Positions 27,040 to 36,299 of a stretch of DNA of 64,000 nucleotides are shown here, piece after piece. Source of the DNA: an uncultured cyanobacterium. GTDB taxonomy: Bacteria > Cyanobacteriota > Cyanobacteriia > Cyanobacteriales > CAWCAG01. The stretch covers positions 576,001 to 640,000 of the forward strand of contig CAWCAG010000007.1 in assembly GCA_963793425.1 (NCBI GenBank), read 5' to 3'. The position numbers and the translations under genes are program-made. Numbering within the stretch: position 1 is the first letter of the stretch; each line of letters starts with the position of its first letter. The notes below the pieces were generated by a model that was given only the letters and a program-made list of their open reading frames with translations, ran no database searches and was not told the DNA's origin.

Positions 27040-30000
27040 TTACTTATTACTCATTACCTCTCCCGACGCAGCTAAAGACTTAACAGGAAAGTATTTATCA
27101 GTTTCTCGTAAACGCTGGGAGAAGAAGCGACAGATTTCTAAAACAATGTGGGGACGTTGAGTGATTAAGCTAATGAAACTGCTTTTTTCTAACTTGAATA
27201 AAGTACAATCTTCCACTGCGATCGCACCATTCCACCGGGGGGAATTGTCAAATAAAGCTACTTCGCCAAAATGCTGTCCGGGAGTTAAAAAAGTAAGATC
27301 CCTTGCTTCTTCTTCTACTTGTTTGACAATGCGTACTTTCCCTTCTGCAATAATATAAAAATGTTCTCCCCAACTGCCTTCTGTGAAGATAGTTTCTCCG
27401 GCTAAAAATTGTTCTTGTTCTAAGGCGCGGTCGATTAATAATAGCTCATCTAAAGAGAGGTTTTTAAAAAGTGCAACCTTTTTTAGTAAAAGTAAGCGTT
27501 TCATAAAAAAGTTAAGGGAAGCTGGTTGTTCATCTAAAGGACGAAAAATTTCTCTGGCAACTGCCTTAACTAAAGGATCTGGATCTTTGCTTAAGGCAGA
27601 AGAAAGCCCAGCTAAGGCAATTAAAGCCCCGATTCTAATCCAGCGATCTTTAGCTTCGAGGGCTTCTAAGAGTAGCTTATAACCTTTTGTCCGCATCCAG
27701 AAAGAGTTGGCTGAGATGGGTGTTCCCGGAGGTTTTTCGTTGGCTAAACGTTCTAAGATAGGCATTAAAGGAAGGACAAAACGCCGATCTCTTAGGGATG
27801 CTAAGGTTTCTATGGCGTTGGCTAATTCCCTTTTGTCAGTGCTGTAAAGTAGGCGTTTGACGGTATTGACGGTGCGGGCGTGTCCTAAACAGGAAAGCAC
27901 ATAGAGTACTCTTTGGATTAAGCGTTGATGATAGTCGGCGATGGCAATGGCTAAGGGTTGCCAGCTTGGGGTTTTGAGGGGAATTTTTTGCTGCCACTGC
28001 CGAGTACGAGTGACTTCTTGAAAATCGGGGCTGAGATAGTCGTAGAGGATGTCGCTAGCCTTTCTGATGCGAATTTGGCCTATGGCGGCGATCGCCGCTT
28101 CTACGAGGTTTTGGTTAGCACTGAGGAGACTTTCTTTCGCTAAGGATAAACCCTGTTCACCGTATGCTGCCAATGCCATAGCCGCTTTTTGTCGCACTTG
28201 AGAGTCATGATCTTCTAAGCCATTAACCACATAGTTCAACATTTCTTCACTACGGGCTATCCTTAAGACTTCAAAAGCGGCGGCTCTAACAGTAGGGTCG
28301 GGATGATTTAATTGTATTACTGCTATTTGTGCCAATTCTTCATCTTGAGGACGGGCGATGTTGGCTATGGCTTCTAATCCTCTCCTAATCACCTCTCCAC
28401 TGCCCCGCAGAAGGATTTCTTTAAGGGGAGGAATTAATTCTCTGCCACCCCCAAAAGCGACTACCCTAACGATGGCTTTTCCTGTGGTTTTATCTAATTC
28501 AGATTGCCATAATTTGGCACAAGTTTGTTTGATTTCTGGGTTGGTAATCGCCTCGGTTTGGGTGGCAGCGACGGAGGCTAAGGCGCGAATTTCTTGACTG
28601 TTATCCTTTAAGCAATTACGTATTTGTTCTTCATTGAGGTGATGTTGACTGGCGATGAGGACTTCTAAACCTAATGCTTTTAAGGAATGATTTTCCTCTT
28701 TTAATAGTTCTTGGCAACGATCAATTGTTTCTGTATCAGGATTGCTACTTAATAATTTAACACTAGCATCTCGCACATCGGGATGGGCATGAGGAAATAA
28801 TTCTTCTACATCTTCTAGAAATTGGCTAGATTGTCCTAAACCAACAGCTAATTCCAATCCTTTAATTTTTGTATAACGTTCTTCGCTAGTAATTAATTCT
28901 TTAATTACTGAACTTGATTGAGGAGGAAGTTGAGTCAAACCTTCACTAATATCATCTAGGTTAACAGAACCAGAACGAAGCATTCCTTCTAATGATTCAA
29001 AGTATTTCTGCCCCATGGGATAACGGAGAAGAAAAAAGACAAAGCTGAGGGCAATACCAAGCCAAGTAATTTGTACTAAGGTTAAGAAAGAATGGGCAGC
29101 CCAGAGTAATAATCCTGCCGAAATTTGTCCAAAAGCGTAAAGAAAACCATCACTAAAAGCCCTAACTCTACCGATGATTTGATAGGGGACAGCGTTGTAG
29201 TTGAGGTTATGAACAGGTAAGTTAATACTTTTGTTTAAAGATTCGCTGTTAACACTTGTGGCGATCGCCGCAGGAAGAGAAAAGTTTACGCCTAAAAAAA
29301 TGAAGCTAATTAAGGTCGTGACAGGATAAACTAAACTCATAGTTCCTACCCCCAAACGTTGTAACAATGGTTGAGTGAAACCGTAGAGGACAAAGAGTTG
29401 CACAACGCTATAAACTACTCTCAACAAACCCAAAAAACGAGTCAATTCTTGGTCATCGGTGAAGGTTTGAGAATAGACACTAAAACATTCGTATTCGGCA
29501 ATAACAATTAAAATTACCACTAAAAAACTACTAGCAGCTAAAAAGAAGATGATTTGGTAGTTTTTAACTTGTTCAGGGAAGCTTTTTAAAGCCTGCCAAA
29601 TCTCGACAGATTCTTCTTTTAGATTACCTTCTAAACGTCTTTCTGACCTTTCCAAAAGGAATAATTGGAGGATAACTAAGCCATACATTAAAGGTAAAAT
29701 AAGCAGAATATTTCTGGTGGGAAGATAGGCAGAAATAACGCTAACCAATCCTCCTCCCAGGAGAATACCTATGGCTTGGGCCATACCAATTAAGGAAGTA
29801 TGGCGTTTATATTCTAAAGAAGTAAGATAATCGTTAAGTAAGCTAGGCCAAAGAATATTTACTTGAGAATCCCAAGAAAAGCCAGCAAAGATGAACAAGA
29901 GATAATAAATTACTAAGCTACCTGAATTAATCCCCAGGCGCATTAGTAAGATGATCACAATCCCTATCAATAAAACATAGCGAAAAAGTTGAGGACGGCT

Positions 30001-30237
30001 ATAACGATCTACCAAAGGAGAAAATAAAGCATAGGCCGGGACTGAAACCAAACCAACTAAGATAAAAAATAAAGGTAATTTTTCTGAGCCAACTTTGTTT
30101 AAAAATAAAGAACTGGCCAAAGTAACTACTTGAATATTGAGAGCTAAAATTGACACTGCCAAAATGAGCAAACGAGTAAGTCGGCGCATTTTCCAAGCAG
30201 AAAAGCTAAAACGCTGTTCAAGGGACTGATTTAACAT
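27040..30237 (-). CDS. MFS/NTT-like transporter fused to HEAT repeats and a cyclic-nucleotide-binding domain
   Basis: About 11-12 TM helices, HEAT repeats, and C-terminal cNMP domain (FYIIAEGKVRI, GQHFGEVALFDNSPR). Confidence 0.88.
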   Translation of the reverse strand: MLNQSLEQRFSFSAWKMRRLTRLLILAVSILALNIQVVTLASSLFLNKVGSEKLPLFFILVGLVSVPAYALFSPLVDRYSRPQLFRYVLLIGIVIILLMRLGINSGSLVIYYLLFIFAGFSWDSQVNILWPSLLNDYLTSLEYKRHTSLIGMAQAIGILLGGGLVSVISAYLPTRNILLILPLMYGLVILQLFLLERSERRLEGNLKEESVEIWQALKSFPEQVKNYQIIFFLAASSFLVVILIVIAEYECFSVYSQTFTDDQELTRFLGLLRVVYSVVQLFVLYGFTQPLLQRLGVGTMSLVYPVTTLISFIFLGVNFSLPAAIATSVNSESLNKSINLPVHNLNYNAVPYQIIGRVRAFSDGFLYAFGQISAGLLLWAAHSFLTLVQITWLGIALSFVFFLLRYPMGQKYFESLEGMLRSGSVNLDDISEGLTQLPPQSSSVIKELITSEERYTKIKGLELAVGLGQSSQFLEDVEELFPHAHPDVRDASVKLLSSNPDTETIDRCQELLKEENHSLKALGLEVLIASQHHLNEEQIRNCLKDNSQEIRALASVAATQTEAITNPEIKQTCAKLWQSELDKTTGKAIVRVVAFGGGRELIPPLKEILLRGSGEVIRRGLEAIANIARPQDEELAQIAVIQLNHPDPTVRAAAFEVLRIARSEEMLNYVVNGLEDHDSQVRQKAAMALAAYGEQGLSLAKESLLSANQNLVEAAIAAIGQIRIRKASDILYDYLSPDFQEVTRTRQWQQKIPLKTPSWQPLAIAIADYHQRLIQRVLYVLSCLGHARTVNTVKRLLYSTDKRELANAIETLASLRDRRFVLPLMPILERLANEKPPGTPISANSFWMRTKGYKLLLEALEAKDRWIRIGALIALAGLSSALSKDPDPLVKAVAREIFRPLDEQPASLNFFMKRLLLLKKVALFKNLSLDELLLIDRALEQEQFLAGETIFTEGSWGEHFYIIAEGKVRIVKQVEEEARDLTFLTPGQHFGEVALFDNSPRWNGAIAVEDCTLFKLEKSSFISLITQRPHIVLEICRFFSQRLRETDKYFPVKSLAASGEVMSNK

Positions 30238-30415
30238 ATTGGCTAACGGCTAATTGTTAATGGCTAATTGCTAATCAAGCTTTTTGAAGCCAACATTTTT
30301 ACTAACTTTAGCATTAGTGAAGTAATATTCAATACCTCACGCTTACTAAGAATTTGAAAGTTTATCTCATAATTGGACTCAAAACCCGCCCCTGCTGATG
30401 CTGTTTCTTGGTTAA

Positions 30416-31363
30416 TTAAGATATTACTAACTCAGCGATTAAAGGCAAATGGTCAGAGCCAACATCTCCACCAACTTTAATATCAGTAACAGTTATTTCT
30501 GGACTAACTAAACAATGATCTAAAGGAATACGTAGGGGAAGTAAGTTAGTTGGCCAAGTTGGTAAAATGCCAAACCCTAAACGAGCATTTACTAAACCTG
30601 TATTACGAATAAAGCGACGATAAATAGGCGACCACATAGTCAAATTAAAATCTCCTAAAACAATCTTTAAGGCATCACTTTGTTGGAGATATTTACTAGT
30701 TTCTTCTAGCTGTTGGTTACGTAAATAAAAGTAGGATTCATTAATCGGAGGTACAGGATGAATGGCAGTTAAATTAATGATTTTTCCTGCAACTTCTACA
30801 TCAGCAATTAATTCTGGAATCTGTGCTGTTAGCCACTTTGTCGACTGATTTTCTAAAGGAAAGCTGCTATAAATCCCCATGCCAAAATTATTTTCTTGGG
30901 GTAAGACAAAATTGTGGGGTAAAATATCGCTAATACTTTCTAATTCTTTTGCCCAAGCTGTATTTAATTCTTGTACCACTAATATTTGGGGTTTTTCTGC
31001 TCTAACTAAGTCAATAAATTCAGCATAATTCTGATTACTGCTCAAAATATTACTCTGCATCACTTCAATAGTTGCATCTGATTGAGGCGTATTTGCTTCT
31101 GAGTTATTAATGTACCAAGGCACAACTTCTACGGCATTGAGACTGATACAAAATAAACAAAGTAAACACCACTTTCTTTGGCAATAAATAGCTAGTATAA
31201 TTAGTAAGATTAAACTCAACACTAAATACTGAAAGCGAAAGTGAACCGTTAATTCCAACCAGCGTTCAAACCCTCCTAAATAACCTGCTAAGGAGAATAA
31301 AGTACAAAGTACTGCTTCTAAAATACTTAAGGTGAGAAAAATTCTTTTCCAAGTCATTAGCAA
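30416..31363 (-). CDS. endonuclease/exonuclease/phosphatase family membrane protein
   Basis: VQE, GDFN, LDH, GSDHLP; N-terminal TM helices. Confidence 0.92.
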   Translation of the reverse strand: MLMTWKRIFLTLSILEAVLCTLFSLAGYLGGFERWLELTVHFRFQYLVLSLILLIILAIYCQRKWCLLCLFCISLNAVEVVPWYINNSEANTPQSDATIEVMQSNILSSNQNYAEFIDLVRAEKPQILVVQELNTAWAKELESISDILPHNFVLPQENNFGMGIYSSFPLENQSTKWLTAQIPELIADVEVAGKIINLTAIHPVPPINESYFYLRNQQLEETSKYLQQSDALKIVLGDFNLTMWSPIYRRFIRNTGLVNARLGFGILPTWPTNLLPLRIPLDHCLVSPEITVTDIKVGGDVGSDHLPLIAELVIS

Positions 31364-31567
31364 GTTTCCTTTATGCTACAGGTTTAAATAACGGTAGAAG
31401 CATATTTAGGACTTAGGACTTACGCAGTGGAACGAAAAATTAGGAGTTACAGGCACAATCGTGCATAAGTTTTGATCTTGAAACTAAAAGCTGGTAAAAA
31501 TCTTTCCCATACTAACACTTGGTCAAAGTCATGCTAAGAAATATTGAAGACAACCAGCCTTCAGTAA

Positions 31568-33163
31568 CTAACTTAACTGCACAACAACTTGATTTATTAA
31601 AAGAGTTTCATTAGTAAGCAAATCTTCTACAGTGAGGCGTAAGAATCTTTCTTTATCTACATAAAACTCTAACTTAACGCGATCGCTGCCAGGATTTCCT
31701 AAAGGTTCTAGTTTCGCTATAGTCCTCGCCCCTTCTTGATCATTAAGGGGTTGAACAGTAGTTTCTCCTGTACCAATGCTACGAGTAACTAAGCGATCGC
31801 CATCAAAATAAACCTCCGTTCCCCCAGTATCTGTCCCCAATTCCCCAATAATTAACTCAATACTAGGTTGATCAGCAACAGAGGCACTCAGAATCAACTC
31901 TATGGGTTTATTCATAGGATAGGGCTGCCCGGATTGTATTAAGCTATGCCAGCTATGACAATTTTCTTTACGATTCCAATAGCGGATGCCGTAACTGTGG
32001 TAGAGAAAATCTTTAACTTCAACCCCAGCAACCACTTGCAAAGCCCCCGCAGCTATGCCAGTAAAAGGGCGATCTCCTTTAATCTTTTCTGGTTCAAAAT
32101 ACTTTTGCAGCCAGGTTTGTACAGCCGGAATTTGGGTAGTCCCTCCCACCAAAAGAACAGCATCAAAATCTGCCGCAGTCACCCCTGCCCGCTTACCCTG
32201 TTGCAAAACCTGATCAATAAGTTCATCTAATTGCCGGAAAAAACCTCTTTCTGTCAAGATAGCCTCAAAACCCTCACGATCTAAAGCCAACTCATAACTC
32301 TCTAGGGTTTCATCGTTGAAATATACCTCACTGGCTTCGGTTTGAGAGGAAAGTTGAATCTTCAAACGTTCTGCTAAACGAGTAATCAACGGAGACTTAC
32401 TCAAACCCTGTTCCTGAACAAAATAGTCTACCAACCAGTTATCGAGATCGCAACCCCCCAGATTTTGCCCTACCTTCGCCAAGACACGGGCCGTTTTAGG
32501 CCTTTGCCCTGAACTTTCCCCAAATAAATTCGCCCCCCATTTGAGGATAAACCCTCTAGAGGCAGGACTTTGCCCTGGTTTCAAATCCAGTTGTACCAAA
32601 GATAAATCTACAGTCCCTCCACCAAAATCCACCACCAACAACAAATTCTCTTCTGCTGTTCCATATCCCAAAGCTGCTGCTGTTGGTTCATCCAGCATTT
32701 GCACCTGTTCAACACCCAAAGATTGGCAAACCTGCCCCAACCAATGACGATAGGCTTCAAAACTATCAACAGGAACAGTTAAAACCAACGATTCTGGTTG
32801 ATCTTCTTGCTTAAGGTTAGTTATTAACTGAGTTAAGAACAACTCACTAATCTCTTCAAAAGTAACCTCTTCCCCATCTAACTCCGGCAAAAACCCTTGA
32901 ACTTTTGTACCAATACCTCGCTTAAAACTGCGAAAAAAACGAGAATCTGTGATCATATCTAAACCGCGATCACGTACCTGCTGACCAATAATCACCTGTT
33001 CCTGGCTAGCATTTTCCACATAAACTAAACTAGGAATTAAAGGCGGATTGTTTCCTAATTGCTGAGATATCCCCGGCAAATTCAAAATTTCTGCTTCCTG
33101 AGTTACCCCATTCCAACGGGCAATAACCGTGTTACTAGTACCAAAATCAATCGCGATCGCCAT
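31568..33163 (-). CDS. Hsp70 family protein (non-canonical DnaK-like)
   Basis: IDFGTSNT, DEPTAAALGYG, VDFGGGT, LLVGGTTQIP. Confidence 0.93.
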   Translation of the reverse strand: MAIAIDFGTSNTVIARWNGVTQEAEILNLPGISQQLGNNPPLIPSLVYVENASQEQVIIGQQVRDRGLDMITDSRFFRSFKRGIGTKVQGFLPELDGEEVTFEEISELFLTQLITNLKQEDQPESLVLTVPVDSFEAYRHWLGQVCQSLGVEQVQMLDEPTAAALGYGTAEENLLLVVDFGGGTVDLSLVQLDLKPGQSPASRGFILKWGANLFGESSGQRPKTARVLAKVGQNLGGCDLDNWLVDYFVQEQGLSKSPLITRLAERLKIQLSSQTEASEVYFNDETLESYELALDREGFEAILTERGFFRQLDELIDQVLQQGKRAGVTAADFDAVLLVGGTTQIPAVQTWLQKYFEPEKIKGDRPFTGIAAGALQVVAGVEVKDFLYHSYGIRYWNRKENCHSWHSLIQSGQPYPMNKPIELILSASVADQPSIELIIGELGTDTGGTEVYFDGDRLVTRSIGTGETTVQPLNDQEGARTIAKLEPLGNPGSDRVKLEFYVDKERFLRLTVEDLLTNETLLINQVVVQLS

Positions 33164-33201
33164 TTAGTTAATTTAATTGAGATGCCTATATTATTAATAC
33201 T

Positions 33202-33408
33202 ATGAATAACTTACTAACGAAACTAATTCTCATCGGACTTTTGCTATTATTAATCCTTGCTCCTTTTGGGGGTCTTGCTCCTTTGATGCTTATTATGTTA
33301 ATTGGGGCAATTATCTGGGGTATCGTCTCTGTTTTCCAAGTTCTTCTTTTGGGTAATGAAGAGATGGAGAGACGGGGAGATAGCGAGATGGGGAGACGAG
33401 AATTGTAA
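33202..33408 (+). CDS. small membrane protein
   Basis: 68 aa, two hydrophobic helices; C-terminus runs through a GGAGAC-type repeat. Confidence 0.6.
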   Translation: MNNLLTKLILIGLLLLLILAPFGGLAPLMLIMLIGAIIWGIVSVFQVLLLGNEEMERRGDSEMGRREL

Positions 33409-33503
33409 AGCTTAAAGGATATCTTTACTCCTTACCATCAAATAAAATCTAATCTAGCTACACTACCAAAAAGGTAGATTCTTTGCCTATTCCCCATTAC
33501 CTA

Positions 33504-34184
33504 TTACTTTCCCGTCTCCCCCACCGGACTTACCTTAGCGCGATAGAGTAACTTGTTCTTCCAGGAATAGCCGAGATAGCGGACTTTAACCGGATCTCCA
33601 TCCTGGGCTGTTCCTGACATTAATTGATGCTGTTGGGGGTTGTAGGCTACTTCTTCTCCGACAGAGGCGATCGCCTCTACTCTCCAATTTTGTAAAAGTT
33701 GGGTTACGGGTTTAATTAAAGGCAATAATCTTGTGGCTGGCAATTCAGGATTATTCTCCACCGCTGCCGCCGCAGTAGGCCATTGAACTAACCAAGATTC
33801 TAGGGTTTGCAGACTCTCTTGTTGAAATTCTTGTTGCAGGCTTTCTTTTTGATTTGCTATTTGTTTTTGCAGGCGTTGATATTCCTGTTTTAATTTCGTT
33901 TTATCTACAGGTGTTGCTGCTTTTTGTGCTATAGGTTTTGATGATAAAACTTTAATTAATTTGTCTACAGATATCTGTAAAGTTTGTGCTAACTTAACCA
34001 AAGTTTCTGCCTTGGTTTGTAATACTAATCCATAACGCAAACGAATAATTTCTCTCTCCCTAACTCCCGATTTTTTCCGAAGTTCTTCATAATTAGAAAT
34101 GCCTACTTGCTGCATTAATTGTTGCAACTGGGAAGTGAAATGGGGATGAGATGATTTGAACCAACACATAATACCATTTATCAT
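33504..34184 (-). CDS. XRE-like HTH + GrpE-like domain protein
   Basis: N-terminal HTH, coiled coil, C-terminal VGEEVAYNPQQHQLM…VKVRYLGY…LLYRAKV; start uncertain. Confidence 0.8.
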   Translation of the reverse strand: MINGIMCWFKSSHPHFTSQLQQLMQQVGISNYEELRKKSGVREREIIRLRYGLVLQTKAETLVKLAQTLQISVDKLIKVLSSKPIAQKAATPVDKTKLKQEYQRLQKQIANQKESLQQEFQQESLQTLESWLVQWPTAAAAVENNPELPATRLLPLIKPVTQLLQNWRVEAIASVGEEVAYNPQQHQLMSGTAQDGDPVKVRYLGYSWKNKLLYRAKVSPVGETGK

Positions 34185-34276
34185 TTATCATTAAACATTT
34201 ATCATCGTATTCCTTTAGCTTTAGATAAGATTTGGCTTAAATCTATCTCAGCTTAAGTGGAGGGAATTGATATTTT

Positions 34277-34750
34277 ATGAAAAAAACCAATGCTGTCCGC
34301 TTACTAGATAACCTTGGTGTTACTTATCAACTTCTTAATTATGAGGTTGATATTGAGGATCTGGCCGCAGAAACCACAGCCCAGAAACTTGGTTTTCCAC
34401 CGGAACAAGTGTTTAAAACCTTGGTTGTTCGTAGTAACACCAATAATATCTACTTTGCTGTTATACCAGGAAATGCCCATCTTAACCTCAAAGCCTTAGC
34501 AAAATTAACAGGCGATCGCAAAATAGAAATGGTTCCCCTTCAGGAAGTAGAGTTTCTTGCCGGATATATTCGCGGTGGGGTGACAGCTTTGGCTAGTAAG
34601 AAAGATTATCCTGTTTATGTAGACGAAACTATAGAAGTATTTGAGAAAATAACCGTTTCGGCTGGAGTACGGGGAACTTTAATTTTACTTTCTCCTGGTG
34701 ATTATTTACAAGCAGTAAAAGGTATTTTAGGTGCGATCGCAAGTTTTTAA
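34277..34750 (+). CDS. ybaK: Cys-tRNA(Pro) deacylase
   Basis: KTNAVRLL, VFKTLV, GYIRGGVT, VSAGVRG. Confidence 0.93.
   Translation: MKKTNAVRLLDNLGVTYQLLNYEVDIEDLAAETTAQKLGFPPEQVFKTLVVRSNTNNIYFAVIPGNAHLNLKALAKLTGDRKIEMVPLQEVEFLAGYIRGGVTALASKKDYPVYVDETIEVFEKITVSAGVRGTLILLSPGDYLQAVKGILGAIASF
34702..34750 (+). repeat. 49-bp direct repeat copy 1 (ybaK 3' end, contains HIP1)
   Basis: ttatttacaagcagtaaaaggtattttaggtgcgatcgcaagtttttaa; 46/49 identical to 36033-36081. Confidence 0.92.
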
Positions 34751-34774
34751 CTTAAGAATTTGTCAGTCCTCATA

Positions 34775-36025
34775 CTATTGAAAACTGTTGTAAATAATTT
34801 CTTTTGCTACTGCAACCCCAGATAAGTATGCTCCGTGAATTGTACCGTGGTAAGCAAAGCTTGTATGTTCACCGGCAAAAAAGAGCCTATTTAATATAGG
34901 TTTAGCTAAATTATTAAAATCTTGAGGAAGTGTTTTAGTTCCTGTAAACGAATATGCTCCCAAAGTATGAGGGTCTTAAGAACCAAAAGATAAAGCAACT
35001 AAAATATTATGTTCACTAAATGTTCGATAATTCATAAAGTAAGGCCATTTCCCCTTTACCTCTGACTGAAAACCAAAATATTGAGTATCTAGGGGCCAAA
35101 AAGCCTGGGGAAACTGTAAGGCAACTTTGGTAACATTACCTAGAGGAATTTTACCAATAGACTGTTGATAACTTTTGGGCAATGGTGGATGAAAGGCGAT
35201 TTTTCCGGCTTTCAATATGCCTAAGGGAACAGTGCAAATAACATAATCTGCAACGAATTTTTCCTTCTGGCTATTAACAATAACTCCTTGATTCTTATAT
35301 TCAATGTCTGTCACAATTGTATTTAGGCGAATATCCAATCCTTCAGTTAAGGGAGTGAGAATAGGAGTATAGCCATTAATAAGAATGACATCATCACCCT
35401 CAAAAGCTTCATCTTCATCAAAATAAGCAGCAGAAAGATTTTCAATAGGGCCACCCGTATCAAATTCTGTAAAAACAGTTAGGGCCCAATTAATTAAAGG
35501 ATCTTTTAAAAGCGTAGGATTAACTCTAGCGATCGCATCTCGTAAAGATATCAAATCATCAGCATCAACATAATCATCAACCTGCTTTAGCAAAGCTTCA
35601 AAACGGTCATCTAGTTTTGCTAAACTAGCTTTACTACTTACATTGCCCTTACGATCATAAACAAGCAAGCTATCATCTTTCGTGACAAACGTTTTTGCTT
35701 TAACCTTTTCTGCCAAAGTAGATATAGGATTGCCATCAGGGCCATGAATCCAACCTGCACCAACTTCAAATGCAGCACCTAATGAGTAATCAGTGAGGAG
35801 TCGCCCACCAATATGGGGCTTTGCTTCAAGCACAACAACATTTGCCCCTCTACTTTGCAGAGAGTGGGCAGCCGCTATACCAGCAATGCCTGCACCAACC
35901 ACAATAATACGGCTATTAACTATACTTTGCACTTTATTGTCAGCTAAACAAGCACCCAGAAATGAAACGGCACTTAATAGAGTCCACTTCAGAAAATTAC
36001 GGCGATAACAGATCGGATTGCTCAT
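34775..36025 (-). pseudogene. Tat-exported flavin monoamine/polyamine oxidase, internal deletion with in-frame stop
   Basis: MSNPICYRRNFLK (Tat), GAGIAG, EAK..IGGR, GAGWIHG; reads LSFGS*DPHTLGAYS (TAA 34976-34978), then FFAGEHT…GTIHGAYLSG. Confidence 0.85.
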
Positions 36026-36032
36026 ATGATAG

Positions 36033-36081
36033 TTATTTACAAGCGGTAAAAGGAATTTTAGCTGCGATCGCAAGTTTTTAA
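36033..36081 (+). repeat. 49-bp direct repeat copy 2 (orphan ybaK 3' end)
   Basis: Encodes YLQAVKGILAAIASF* versus YLQAVKGILGAIASF* in ybaK. Confidence 0.92.
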
Positions 36082-36114
36082 TTTGTGGTTTAAATACACA
36101 TCAGCTTACAGCTA

Positions 36115-36272
36115 GTAGGCTGTGTTAGTGCTGTCAACAATCTTGGATAAATTAGTAAAACTTTATTCAGCACGTAACGCACCGCAAGTTAATTAAAGTA
36201 GGAATTGGTGCGTTACGGCGGATGAAGCATTGTTGCTTTAAGCACATTTAATAGCCGCCTAACACACCCTAC
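36115..36272. repeat. GTAG-type REP doublet (REPIN-like)
   Basis: gtaggctgtgttag … ctaacacaccctac termini and inner cgtaacgcacc/ggtgcgttacg pair. Confidence 0.75.
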
Positions 36273-36299
36273 TGGCTGGCCATTAACCAATAACAAATA

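Noticed and set aside
31416..31474. aggacttacgca…tgcataagtttt inverted pair, like a known cyanobacterial repeat
   Set aside because: Degenerate and single in this window; boundaries cannot be supported.
34976..34978. Stop-codon readthrough or recoding in the amine oxidase
   Set aside because: The codon is TAA and coincides with a missing conserved segment, so a deletion explains it.
36026..36073. ORF-track N-terminal extension of the amine oxidase
   Set aside because: It is the antisense of the duplicated ybaK tail; the Tat signal begins at ATG 36025.
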